From Pirellulales bacterium (GTDB lineage Bacteria > Planctomycetota > Planctomycetia > Pirellulales > JAEUIK01), in the NCBI GenBank assembly GCA_050184475.1, contig JBFXAH010000011.1:11208-75207 (forward strand): a stretch of DNA of 64,000 bases, in the 5' to 3' direction. A program made the position numbers and the translations under genes. The stretch's first letter is position 1. Each line of letters opens with the position of its first letter. Below the pieces are notes generated by a model. That model did not search any database. It was given only the letters and a program-made list of their open reading frames with translations, and was not told the origin of the DNA. This document shows positions 47,062-56,840 of this stretch, one piece after another.

Positions 47062-48084
47062 TCACGGCGAAAGCCCGACCAACGAGCGCAACTCTGCTAG
47101 CGGTGCGAGGTACTCGCGCGGGGCCAATCCGTCGACCGAAGCTTCACGTCGAGCGGTGCAGCCGTCGACGGCGCCGGCTTCGACCAGCGCGGCCAAAAGA
47201 CGCCCTTGACGAGCGCAAGTCAACTCGGCCAGCGCGCCACGGCGGCCGCGTCGTTCGGCGATCGCCACGCACGTGGCGTAGGCGGCCCAGTCGCTGACGC
47301 CGGCCAACAACAGATGATCGGTGGCAATTCGACACGCGATCCGCGCCCCGGGTTCAGGGCCCAGCGCGGCAACGATCTCTTCCCAGAGAATCGCGCCGCA
47401 GCCCAGCTCGTTGCCGCCGTCGGCCATGCCGACCGTCGTCACGCGCCGAGAGCGCGACGCCACGGCTTCGAACAACAAGTGCGTGGGAGCCGTGACCGTA
47501 TCAATCGACAAGCCGCGCATGTTGTGGCACTCGTCGCGGTCGTCGGAGGGGACCAGTTGCTCGAAGCGCGCGATCGGGGCCGGCACACCGTCGCGCGGCT
47601 GCTCCTCGAGCGACTGCCGCGTATGACTGGGCCCGGCGCGCTCGATGGCGACCAGGTGCGTCAAGCGACTTCCTGTCGGGCCGCGCAGCCAGCGCGTGGT
47701 CCAGAGCGCGGGCGTCGGATCGGCAAATTCCGCCGCCAGCGGCATTTCGTCGATCGCTGCCCGCGAGAGCCCCAGTTCGTCGCAGCCGGCCTCGAGCAGC
47801 GGCACGCCGAAGCGATCGCTGACGAGGCGGACTTCGGCCCCGAGTTCGCTCAGCAGCGCCGCCAAGGCGAGCGATCCCAATAGCCCATCGGTTTCGGCCG
47901 CCGCCGGAGTGGCCGCGGTAACGCAAAAGCCGGTAACGACGGCAACCACGGGCCGCTCGATCGCCAGGGAGTCGACCAGGGCGTCCCAGCCCGCTAGTTC
48001 GCGGCGCCGCGCGATCGCCGGCAGGTGTCGACCGGCCGGGTCGCTGGCGAGTAGCGCGTCGATCTGGTCGAAGAGTCGCTGCAT
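47062..48084 (-). CDS. DUF4392 (D-glutamate cyclase-like) domain protein
   Basis: Motifs VVTGFCV, AETDGLLGS, LVAIERAGPS, VGMADGGNELGCG and AGVSDWAAYA match the DUF4392/glutamate cyclase pattern as I remember it. Confidence 0.7.
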   Translation of the reverse strand: MQRLFDQIDALLASDPAGRHLPAIARRRELAGWDALVDSLAIERPVVAVVTGFCVTAATPAAAETDGLLGSLALAALLSELGAEVRLVSDRFGVPLLEAGCDELGLSRAAIDEMPLAAEFADPTPALWTTRWLRGPTGSRLTHLVAIERAGPSHTRQSLEEQPRDGVPAPIARFEQLVPSDDRDECHNMRGLSIDTVTAPTHLLFEAVASRSRRVTTVGMADGGNELGCGAILWEEIVAALGPEPGARIACRIATDHLLLAGVSDWAAYATCVAIAERRGRRGALAELTCARQGRLLAALVEAGAVDGCTARREASVDGLAPREYLAPLAELRSLVGLSP

Positions 48085-48488
48085 ATCGGGGCTGGTCGGG
48101 GGCGGCGCGGGGACCGTTGGTCAGCACGCGAGCCGCTACAGAATAGCGTTGGCGGAGTCGAGCCGCTGCCCGCCGGCGGTGGTGCTACCCGGCCGCGGGG
48201 CGCTCTGCTCGGCAGGGGACAGCACATTTTGTCGCACCTGGTTGACACAACAGGGGGTGGGGGTACAACATTCCACCGGGAAGGACTGTAAAGAAGTCTC
48301 GGGTGCGCTTCGGGTTACGGCATCGAGCCAGTCGCGGCGCACCTGGCACGAAGTCTTTCGCTGCGGCCGAGCGGTTCTCGCGACGGCTTCACGAACACGA
48401 GCAACAGGCGCTCGCGATATTGGCGACTCGCGGCCGGCTAATTCCGGCTGCTTCGTCGGTTCGGCGGTCGTCTCCAGGCACGGGTCCT

Positions 48489-49631
48489 ATGGCGGAAAAA
48501 AAGAAGCTCTCGGTTGCCGAAATCCTCGCGGCCGCGCGCAAGGCCGACGGCGGCGCCAGTGGTGAGGCGGAATCGGCCTCGACACCTCCCCCGGCCGCTG
48601 AACCGGCGCCCGAGTCCACCGCGCCCGAGCCCACCGCGCCCGAACCGGTCGCCGCCGAGTCAGCACCAGAATCGCCAGCACCGGCGGCTCCCGCGGCCAA
48701 GCCCGCCGCCGCAGCGTCCGGCAAGCGACCAAGCGTGGCCGATATTCTGGCCGCGGCCCGAAAGCAAGACGCGCCCGGCGCGGCGAAGCCGGCAGCCGCC
48801 AAGCCTGCCGCTGCCAAGCCCGCCCCCAAGCCGGCCGGCGAAAAGCCAGCCGCCAAACCGGCAGCCAAAGCCGGGGATGGCGCTGCGGCAGCTCCGCGCG
48901 GTGCCGGGGTTCGCGATACGGCCAGCATCCTGGCGGCGGCGCGCGGCGGAACGAAGGCTGGCCCAATCTCCAAGGCCGAAGCGGCCGCGATGGCCAAGCC
49001 CGCGGCGCCTGCGGCCGCCAGCGAAAAGGCGAAGCGCGTCGCCCCGCCGATGCCGCCCAAGCCCGAGTACGCCGCGAAGAAGCCGGGCGAAAAGAAAGCG
49101 GTCGAGACCGAAGAGCGGCGCGGCTTCCTGGGGGCGTTCTTCGGCGCCTTCATGGGGTCGTTCCTGGGGCTGGGCTTCACGTCGCTGGCCGCCACGAACG
49201 CTTTGTGGGGGCTAGGGACTGCCCGCTTCATGTTCCCCAACGTGTTGATCGAGCCGCCGAGCACGTTCAAGGTCGGTCCGCCGACCGATTTTCCGCCTGG
49301 CGGAGTGTCGGAAAAGTTCAAGGCGCAGTTCGGCGTTTGGGTCGTTAACGGCGAGTACAACGGCCAGCAGCAGTTGTACGCGTTGCGCACGGTCTGCACG
49401 CACCTGGGCTGCACGCCCAACTGGCTCGAAGGGGAGCAGAAGTTCAAGTGCCCTTGTCACGGCAGCGGTTTCTACAAGGACGGCATCAACTTCGAAGGCC
49501 CGGCCCCGCGTCCGCTCGAGCGCTACGCGATCCGGCTGGCCGACGACGGTCAGTTGGAGATCGACAAGAGCAAGAAGTTCCAGGAAGAGCTCGGCCAGTG
49601 GCGCGACGCGGCCTGCTTTGTGGTCGCCTAG
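48489..49631 (+). CDS. Rieske [2Fe-2S] subunit of a cytochrome bc/b6f-type complex, with a ~210-aa Ala/Pro/Lys-rich N-terminal extension
   Basis: Cluster ligand boxes CTHLGC and CPCHGS. Twin-arginine/TM anchor ERRGFLGAFFGAFMGSFLGLGF appears only at codon ~210. Start at MAEKKKLSV (ATG 48489). Confidence 0.85.
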   Translation: MAEKKKLSVAEILAAARKADGGASGEAESASTPPPAAEPAPESTAPEPTAPEPVAAESAPESPAPAAPAAKPAAAASGKRPSVADILAAARKQDAPGAAKPAAAKPAAAKPAPKPAGEKPAAKPAAKAGDGAAAAPRGAGVRDTASILAAARGGTKAGPISKAEAAAMAKPAAPAAASEKAKRVAPPMPPKPEYAAKKPGEKKAVETEERRGFLGAFFGAFMGSFLGLGFTSLAATNALWGLGTARFMFPNVLIEPPSTFKVGPPTDFPPGGVSEKFKAQFGVWVVNGEYNGQQQLYALRTVCTHLGCTPNWLEGEQKFKCPCHGSGFYKDGINFEGPAPRPLERYAIRLADDGQLEIDKSKKFQEELGQWRDAACFVVA

Positions 49632-49746
49632 GGCGATTGGCCAACGGGCCGTGTCAAGTTAATCCACAGCCAAGTCAGTCTCAGTCAAGTCAATCACGCG
49701 TGCGGTCTTTTGGGCCCGCCGCCAGGTGAAGTGAAGAACCAACGCT

Positions 49747-50520
49747 ATGTCGCTCGGCGAGTCGATTCGCAATAGTCAGGTTTGGAAGAGCATCTTCCGG
49801 CATCCGATGCCCTTGGATCGCCGCAATCGCATCGTGGTGATGCTCACCAACTTCTTCTTGCACCTGCACCCGGTGTCGATCAAAAAGCAGGGGATCGCCC
49901 TGTCGTACACCTGGTGCATGGGCGGGGTGACCTTCTTTCTGTTTCTGGTCGAGACGGTCACCGGCGTGCTCTTGATGTTCTACTATCGCCCCACGCTCGA
50001 GTGGGCGTATCACGATATTCTCGATCTGCGCGACGTCACCAGCCTGGGGATCTTGCGCGAGCTGCACCGCTGGGGTGCGCACGCCATGGTGATCACCGTC
50101 TGGCTGCACATGTACCGGGTGTTCTTGACCGGCAGTTACAAACCGCCGCGCGAGTTCAACTGGGTGGTCGGCGTGATCCTGCTGTTGCTCACGCTACTGC
50201 TGTCGTTCAGCGGCTACCTGTTGCCGTTCGATCAATTGGCGATCTGGGCCATCACGGTCGGTTCGAACATGGCTCGGGCGTCACCGCTTTTGGGCTACGA
50301 AGGGCCGTTTCAGCAACTGCTGCAGATCGGCGACATCGACATGATTACCGACACGTCCGACGCGCGGTTCGTCACCATCGGCGAGCGCAACGTCGGCGAA
50401 ATGACCCTGAATCGCTTCTACGTGCTGCACTGCATCGGTTTGCCGCTGGCGGTGACGTTGTTGTTGGCGATTCACTTTTGGCGCGTGCGCAAGGACGGCG
50501 GCATCAGCGGTCCGCTGTAG
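49747..50520 (+). CDS. cytochrome b6-like (N-terminal, four-helix, haem-binding) subunit of the split cytochrome b
   Basis: 257 aa with four TM helices. Conserved His/Arg contexts [32 protein letters not shown] and [11 protein letters not shown]. Confidence 0.9.
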   Translation: MSLGESIRNSQVWKSIFRHPMPLDRRNRIVVMLTNFFLHLHPVSIKKQGIALSYTWCMGGVTFFLFLVETVTGVLLMFYYRPTLEWAYHDILDLRDVTSLGILRELHRWGAHAMVITVWLHMYRVFLTGSYKPPREFNWVVGVILLLLTLLLSFSGYLLPFDQLAIWAITVGSNMARASPLLGYEGPFQQLLQIGDIDMITDTSDARFVTIGERNVGEMTLNRFYVLHCIGLPLAVTLLLAIHFWRVRKDGGISGPL

Positions 50521-50583
50521 ACGCGCCACGCCGGAGTTCAACGGACCGATTCACCAAGCCCAGGGGCTGCCGCCCCTGGGCTT

Positions 50584-51927
50584 ATGAACGAGACGACCAT
50601 GCACGGACACGATCCGCATTTCTTCGAGAATATCCAGGGCTTTCTCGGCAGCTACTACCTGACGCTGTCGATCATGAACGCCGTCGCGGCGCTCTACCTC
50701 TGGCGCCGTCAGGGGCGCGCCCTCGACGCCGCGCTGCTGGTCGGGCTGTTCGGCGGCGGTTTTCTGATCCTCTCGGGCATCGCCTACGGCGGCGGCGCCC
50801 GCGTGCTCGGCCTGCCGCAGAGCTTCAAAAACTTCGTCAACGACAACACCGGCCCGGTCATTTACACCCTGGGCACCACGGCGGTGTTGGTGATTTTCTT
50901 CGTCGGCCGGCGGTTCTTCACCAAGCCCTCGGTCGCCTGGGTGGCGTTCAACCTGGCCCTGCTGTTCATGGGCTTGTCGATGACCGACGCGAACTTCATG
51001 TCGATCGTCAAAAAGCCCGACAACGTGCCGATCGTGGGGCTGATCTTCCTGCTGGGTTTTTTCACCTGGCTGGCGACCTACAAGGCCGTGCTCAACGACG
51101 ATCGGCTCGCCCAGGGTTTGCCGCCGCTGGAGAAAGAAGACTCGGAGAAGGTGCTCGTCTGGCCCGACCTGGTCTACACCGAACTGATCTGCATGGTCGC
51201 GCTGACGGCGCTATTGCTGGTGTGGGCGATCGTGCTCAAGGCGCCGCTCGAAGCGCCGGCCAGCAGCGTGAAGACCCCCAACCCGTCGAAAGCCCCCTGG
51301 TACTTCCTCGGCTTGCAGGAAATGCTCGTCTACTACGACCCCTGGATGGCAGGCGTGGTGCTGCCCAGCCTGGTGCTCGTGGGACTGATGGCGATTCCGT
51401 TTCTCGATTTCAACAAGAAGGGGAACGGCTACTACACGATCAACGAGCGCCCCTTCAGCTACATCATCTTTCAGCTCGGCTTTCTCGAGCTGTGGATCAC
51501 GCTGATCATCTTGGGGACGTTCTTGCGCGGACCGAACTGGAACTTCTTCGGCCCTTACGAGCCGTGGGACCCGCACAAGGTGCTCGCGCTCAACAACAAG
51601 GACCTGTCGCAGTTCTTCTGGGTCGACTGGCTCAACAGCGGTTTGCCCAAGGCCCCGACCGATGCCGGCGGTTGGCAGCAAATCGGCTACATCCTGCTGC
51701 GCGAGTGCGCGGGGCTCGTGAGCCTGGTGCTGTACTTCGTCCTGCTGCCGCCGATCCTGGCCATGACCGTGTTTCGCAAGTTCTTCGCCCGCATGGGCTT
51801 CATCCGCTACATGCTGATGGCGAACTTGCTGTTGTTCATGGCGGCGTTGCCTTTGAAGATGGTTTTGCGCTGGGTGTTCAACCTCAAGTACATCGTGCAT
51901 ATCGACGAGTATTTTCTCAATTTTTAG
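50584..51927 (+). CDS. cytochrome b C-terminal (subunit IV-like) protein with extra transmembrane helices
   Basis: The Qo-site PEWY-type motif appears as KAPWYFLGLQEML. It is 447 aa, far longer than a canonical subunit IV, with additional helices on both sides. It contains no CXXCH. Confidence 0.75.
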   Translation: MNETTMHGHDPHFFENIQGFLGSYYLTLSIMNAVAALYLWRRQGRALDAALLVGLFGGGFLILSGIAYGGGARVLGLPQSFKNFVNDNTGPVIYTLGTTAVLVIFFVGRRFFTKPSVAWVAFNLALLFMGLSMTDANFMSIVKKPDNVPIVGLIFLLGFFTWLATYKAVLNDDRLAQGLPPLEKEDSEKVLVWPDLVYTELICMVALTALLLVWAIVLKAPLEAPASSVKTPNPSKAPWYFLGLQEMLVYYDPWMAGVVLPSLVLVGLMAIPFLDFNKKGNGYYTINERPFSYIIFQLGFLELWITLIILGTFLRGPNWNFFGPYEPWDPHKVLALNNKDLSQFFWVDWLNSGLPKAPTDAGGWQQIGYILLRECAGLVSLVLYFVLLPPILAMTVFRKFFARMGFIRYMLMANLLLFMAALPLKMVLRWVFNLKYIVHIDEYFLNF

Positions 51928-52015
51928 ACCTCGCACACTGCAGAGCCTGCGCGGCGCGCACGATCGACTCGCCCGCGCCGGGACCGAATAACCGCGAAGG
52001 GATAGGCGTCTACTC

Positions 52016-55000
52016 ATGCCAGCGACCGAAACAACCTGGCGCGACATCAAGCTCGTCCACGTGATCTTCGGGCTGACGTCGCTCTTTCTGCTGATCGGCA
52101 CCATCTGGATGCTCGCGGCCGATCACGACCGGGAGTGGAAGCAGTACCAGCGCGACTTCCGCGACGTGCAGGTGTGGTCGATCAACGCCCGGCGGGCCGA
52201 GTTGGAGACGGGCGAGTTCAAAAAGCAGCAAGACGAGCTCGAAGCGAAGCTGGCCGAAACTCGTCGCGAAGTCCCCCCACCCGAGCCCGTCGACCGCTTC
52301 TGCCAGTTGATGCTCGACCGCGATCAGGGCAACGCCAGCCAGGTCGAGAAAATTCGCGGCCAGTACAAGGCATTGCAGGATGCCAGCGACGACGACCAGC
52401 GCGCGCAGCGCCGGGCCGCGCTGCTCAAGACGATGAACGACGCGATCGTCGACGCCCGCAACCAGGAAACCAAGCTGGCCGACATTCTCAAAGCGGTCAA
52501 AGCCGATTTGAACGTGGCCATCAGCAACTACGACATCGGCACGCGCGACAATCTGCCGCAATCGGACATGGATAGCCTGCAGCGGCAGATCGACGACGTG
52601 CAGGCGCGCGTCGAGGGGCGCACGCTCGACAGCCAGGCGGCCAACGCGTATCGCAAGCAACTCGAACAGGCGCTGGCCGACGCCACGGCGGACGAGACCG
52701 CCGCGCAAAAGGCGCTCGACGACTTCATGCAGCGCCCCAAGCAGTTGGCCACGGCCGAACAGGAACAAGAGCGCAGCTTCGGCGAGCGCCTGCTCGAAAT
52801 GCCGATCATTGACGCCTTCGGCCGGCCGCTGAAGGTCAATCAGATCTGGCTGCCGCAGTTGACGACGAACATCAATTTCCGCGATGTCGCCCGCTTCGAC
52901 CGCTGCACGACTTGCCACCTGGGGATCAACCTCACGGCCCCGGGTTCGGCCGTCGATCCGGCCTATCACCAGGCGGAGTTTCTTGATTTTGTGCTGGCCA
53001 CGCCCGAGGCGCCGCCGCAGGCTGAAGGAGATAAGCCGACACCCGAGGACGGCGACTCGTCGGGCGACGGCGAGCCGACGATCGAGGCGGTCTACGGCAT
53101 GAAGCTGGCCGACAAGCTCCGCCAGGGGAATGTGGCAATCCAGGCCGTCTGGCCCGATCAACTGGCCGCCAAGGCGACGCGCGTCATTGCCGGCGGCGTA
53201 CCCGAAGTCGCCCCGCAAAACCCGCCCGGCACCTTGCAGCATGGCGACGCGATCGTTTACGAAGCGCCCGCCGGCTTGCGGGCTGGCGACGTGATCGAGC
53301 GCGTCAACGATTTCGACATCCGTTCGCTGGAGCAAGCCGAAGACGCCCTGTTGTCAACGGTCACCTGGGGTCAGCCGCTGACGTTGCACGTGCGGCGCGG
53401 CGCCTCGCAGCCATTCAGTTCGCATCCGCGGCTCGATTTGTACGTCGGCGACGCCAGCCCGCACAGCGCGGCCAAGATGGGCTGCACGATCTGCCACGAC
53501 GGACAAGGCAATGCCACCACGTTTCAGTGGGCGTCGCATTCGCCCAACAGCGAGTTGCAGCGCGACGAGTGGACGCGAGAGCATGGGTACCACTTCAACC
53601 ACGATTGGTGGTTCCCGATGTTCCCCAAGCGGTTCGCCGAGAGCACCTGCTTGAAGTGCCACCACAACCTCGGCGAGTTGGAGCCGAGCGCTCGCTATCC
53701 CGACCCACCGGCTCCCAAGCTGATGGAGGGGTACCACCTGGTGCGTCAATACGGCTGCTTCGGCTGCCACGAGATCAACGGCTTTGATGGCCCCAACAAG
53801 CGGATCGGCCCCGATCTGCGCGCCGAGCCGAACATCACGGCCGCCGCGCAGCAATTGTTGACCGATCAGGGGGTCAGCGACGAAGAGAAACTCCTCGCGC
53901 AAACGCTCGTCGACAACCCGTACGATCGCACCGCCTTTGCCCGACTGGGCGAACTGCTGCGGGCCGATCAGACGCGGGCAGCCGAAAAGCGGGAAGCAGC
54001 GGGCGAGGAGCCACCGCATCTGTCGGCCCCCTCGTTCCAGTTGCTGAGCATCCTGGGGGCGCCGGAGGAAATCCCGGGCAAGCTGCGCAAGGTTGGTCCC
54101 AGCTTGCGGCACCTCAAGAACAAGGTCGACTTCGACTTCGTCTACGACTGGATTCGCGAGCCGAAGCACTTCCGCCCCTCGACTCGCATGCCGCAGTTCT
54201 TCGGGCTCTACGATCACCTCGTGCCGATCGTCGAGACCGAAGACGGGGAGCAGCAGATCGAGACGTCGGTGGGGCTCAAAGACGCGCAGCGCTTCGAGCC
54301 AATCGAAATCCGCGGCATTACCCAGTACCTGCTGGGGCACAGCCAGCCATTTGAGTACCTCGAGCATCCCGATGGCATCACTGCCGAAGCGTCGGCCGAG
54401 CGCGGCCGCCAGCTGTTCGAAACGCGCGGCTGCCTGGCCTGCCATCAGCATCCCGACTTTCCCGAAGCCAAGGCCGATCAAGGCCCGTCGCTGGGGCGCC
54501 TGGGGGCCAAGCTCACCAGCGAAGATGGCCGCCGTTGGCTGTATAGCTGGCTTCGCGAGCCGACCGCCTATCATCCGCGCACGTTGATGCCCAACCTGTT
54601 CCTCGAACCGATCAAGCAAACGGTCGACGGGCAAGAAGTGGTGAGCGATCCAGCGGCCGACATTGCCGCCTACCTGCTCGCGCCGCGCGAAGACGACGCC
54701 GAGTACAAGCCCCAGGTGCCGAGCGAGCCGGCCGAAGCCGACGTGAACGACCTGGTGCTCCTGCACCTGAAGAAGGCCTTCACCGAAGTGCAGGCGGCCA
54801 AGTACCTGAAGGAGGGGATCCCCGCCGAGCGCGTGGCCGATGTCCCCCCCGACGAGCGCGTGCTGGTGGCGCCGCTTTCGCCCGAGAAGAAGTTCGAGTA
54901 CGTCGGTCGCAAGGCGATTTCGAAGTATGGCTGCACCGGCTGCCACGACATTCCCGGCTACGAAACTGCCAAGCCGATCGGCACGGGCTTGGCCGACTGG

Positions 55001-56623
55001 GGCCGCAAAGAAGACGACAAGCTGGCCTTCGAGCAGATCGATCAGTACATCGCCTGGATCGAAGCGGCTCACGGTGGCGCTCACAGCGGTGCTAACGGTG
55101 GCGCTCACGGTGGCGAAGCGCACGTTGCCTCAGGGGGCGACCATGCAGCGCACGGCGAGCACGCCGGCGACGAACAGCTCCTCGCAGATCAAGGCCCTCC
55201 CGATTCGCCCGAGGCGCTGGCGGCTTTCCGTTCGCGCAAGGCCGAAGAACTGGCGAAGTACGACCCCTCGGGGTTGTTGCTGCACGAGTTGGAGCACCAT
55301 CACCGCATGGGCTTCTTGTGGAACAAGATCCGCGAGCCGCGGAGCTACGACTACAAGAAGACCGAGAACAAGGACTACGACGACCGGCTGCGGATGCCGA
55401 AGTTCAACTTCACGCCCGACCAGGTCGAGGCCGTGATGACGTTCGTGCTCGGCCTGTTGGCCGAACCGCCGGCGGCGCAATACGTCTATCGGCCGTCGCC
55501 ACGGCAGTTGGCGATCAACGAAGGGAAGCACGTTCTGGAGAAGTACAACTGCGGCGGCTGCCACACTTTGGAAATGCCGCATTGGCAGTTCCAATACGAT
55601 CCGCAGGAGTTTCCGACCCCGGCCGACGTCAACGATTACGCGTTCCTCGCGCCCCATTTCGATCCGGCCACGCTCGAGGACTCGGCCGAGACCGATCTGC
55701 GCGGCATGGGGCACGCCGACGTGGCCGGCATGCCGATGGTCGACGGCGAGGGGAATCTCGTCGAAGACGTCGACGAAAACGACAACCCGCTCTACTTCTT
55801 CACGCTCTGGCAGAACAAACCGATCGCCGGCCAGGCATACACGTCGGGCACGCAATTGGGCATCGCCAAGCCGCAGTTGCTTTCGACGCGCCCCGCCTGG
55901 GGTGGCTACCTGGCGAGGTTGATCTACCCCTCGGTGCTGGCGACCGGCCGCGAGGAGAACCCGAACTTCAAAGACACCGACGCCTGGGGCTGGCTGCCGC
56001 CGCCGCTGGTGGGCGAAGGGCGCAAGGTGCAGCCCGAATGGCTGCACAACTTCCTGCTCGACCCGGTGCCGATCCGTCCGGCCGTCGTGCTGCGGATGCC
56101 GAAGTTCAACATGTCGAGCGACGAGGCGAGCACGCTGGTCGACTACTTCGCGGCGGCTGACGGGGCCGAGTATCCCTATTCGCTCGATCCGCGCACGCGC
56201 GGCGCGCATCTGTCGGCGGCCGAGGCCTCGCATCCCAATCGTTTGGCCGACGCGATGAAGATCGTCACCAACGGCAACTACTGCGTGAAGTGCCACCACC
56301 TGGGAGACTTCGTCCCCGAGGGGAGCGTCTACGCGATGGCGCCGAATCTCGACCGCGTCTATCGCCGGCTCCGCCCCGACTGGGTGCGCGACTGGGTCGC
56401 CAACCCGCCGCGGATCATTCCCTACACGGTGATGCCGATTAACATTCCGCCCGACAAGCCAATCGCCCAAGACATTTATCAAGGCACTAGCGAAGAACAA
56501 TTGCAGGCCGTGGTCGACCTGCTGATGAACTACGACGTGTTCATGAAGGAGCGCACGAGCATCAAGCCATTGATTCAGGCCGCTCCGCCAACGGCCGAGG
56601 GTCAGGCGGCGGGAGGTGAGTAG
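52016..56623 (+). CDS. membrane-anchored giant multihaem cytochrome c (eight CXXCH motifs) with coiled-coil, PDZ-like and His/Gly-rich segments
   Basis: N-terminal TM VIFGLTSLFLLIGTIWML, then ~250 aa of heptad-like charged sequence. CXXCH motifs: CTTCH, CTICH, CLKCH, CFGCH, CLACH, CTGCH, CGGCH, CVKCH. PDZ-like segment GLRAGDVIERVNDFDIRSLEQAED. The later modules carry class I features (GPSL/GPDL, RMPxF). Confidence 0.85.
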   Translation: MPATETTWRDIKLVHVIFGLTSLFLLIGTIWMLAADHDREWKQYQRDFRDVQVWSINARRAELETGEFKKQQDELEAKLAETRREVPPPEPVDRFCQLMLDRDQGNASQVEKIRGQYKALQDASDDDQRAQRRAALLKTMNDAIVDARNQETKLADILKAVKADLNVAISNYDIGTRDNLPQSDMDSLQRQIDDVQARVEGRTLDSQAANAYRKQLEQALADATADETAAQKALDDFMQRPKQLATAEQEQERSFGERLLEMPIIDAFGRPLKVNQIWLPQLTTNINFRDVARFDRCTTCHLGINLTAPGSAVDPAYHQAEFLDFVLATPEAPPQAEGDKPTPEDGDSSGDGEPTIEAVYGMKLADKLRQGNVAIQAVWPDQLAAKATRVIAGGVPEVAPQNPPGTLQHGDAIVYEAPAGLRAGDVIERVNDFDIRSLEQAEDALLSTVTWGQPLTLHVRRGASQPFSSHPRLDLYVGDASPHSAAKMGCTICHDGQGNATTFQWASHSPNSELQRDEWTREHGYHFNHDWWFPMFPKRFAESTCLKCHHNLGELEPSARYPDPPAPKLMEGYHLVRQYGCFGCHEINGFDGPNKRIGPDLRAEPNITAAAQQLLTDQGVSDEEKLLAQTLVDNPYDRTAFARLGELLRADQTRAAEKREAAGEEPPHLSAPSFQLLSILGAPEEIPGKLRKVGPSLRHLKNKVDFDFVYDWIREPKHFRPSTRMPQFFGLYDHLVPIVETEDGEQQIETSVGLKDAQRFEPIEIRGITQYLLGHSQPFEYLEHPDGITAEASAERGRQLFETRGCLACHQHPDFPEAKADQGPSLGRLGAKLTSEDGRRWLYSWLREPTAYHPRTLMPNLFLEPIKQTVDGQEVVSDPAADIAAYLLAPREDDAEYKPQVPSEPAEADVNDLVLLHLKKAFTEVQAAKYLKEGIPAERVADVPPDERVLVAPLSPEKKFEYVGRKAISKYGCTGCHDIPGYETAKPIGTGLADWGRKEDDKLAFEQIDQYIAWIEAAHGGAHSGANGGAHGGEAHVASGGDHAAHGEHAGDEQLLADQGPPDSPEALAAFRSRKAEELAKYDPSGLLLHELEHHHRMGFLWNKIREPRSYDYKKTENKDYDDRLRMPKFNFTPDQVEAVMTFVLGLLAEPPAAQYVYRPSPRQLAINEGKHVLEKYNCGGCHTLEMPHWQFQYDPQEFPTPADVNDYAFLAPHFDPATLEDSAETDLRGMGHADVAGMPMVDGEGNLVEDVDENDNPLYFFTLWQNKPIAGQAYTSGTQLGIAKPQLLSTRPAWGGYLARLIYPSVLATGREENPNFKDTDAWGWLPPPLVGEGRKVQPEWLHNFLLDPVPIRPAVVLRMPKFNMSSDEASTLVDYFAAADGAEYPYSLDPRTRGAHLSAAEASHPNRLADAMKIVTNGNYCVKCHHLGDFVPEGSVYAMAPNLDRVYRRLRPDWVRDWVANPPRIIPYTVMPINIPPDKPIAQDIYQGTSEEQLQAVVDLLMNYDVFMKERTSIKPLIQAAPPTAEGQAAGGE

Positions 56624-56840
56624 CCGGGCGAGCGATCGTGCAACTCTAAGACCAGCAATAGTTTCGCCACCGGGGTGCGACAATTTGGACCCGGTCCTAG
56701 AGCGCGTCGCGGAGCCCTATAATGGCCCGGGGCTTGGGCGTCCGTCGCCGCCACGAAGCATCGAGGAAAGGCATCGACGGAAAGCAGACATCCGGCGGGC
56801 AAACAGCTCGCTTCAACCGACTCCACTTGGGGGTTTCGTC

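Noticed and set aside
48242-48269. Sigma70-like TTGACA-N16-TACAAC about 220 nt upstream of the Rieske start.
   Set aside because: The pattern is plausible, but planctomycete promoter consensus is poorly defined and I cannot score it. I left it as an unconfirmed note rather than a feature.
48344-48364. TGGCACGAAGTCTTTCGCTGC upstream of the Rieske gene, and TGGCAC hexamers at about 16862 and 16926, as sigma54 promoters.
   Set aside because: The GC of the -12 element is displaced by one to three bases relative to the GG of the -24 element, and sigma54 does not tolerate that displacement.
48560-48900. Periodic Ala/Pro/Lys-coding DNA in the Rieske extension, considered as a possible CRISPR-like or satellite array.
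   Set aside because: The units are short, imperfect and in frame with the coding sequence. There is no repeat-spacer organisation and there are no cas genes in the window.
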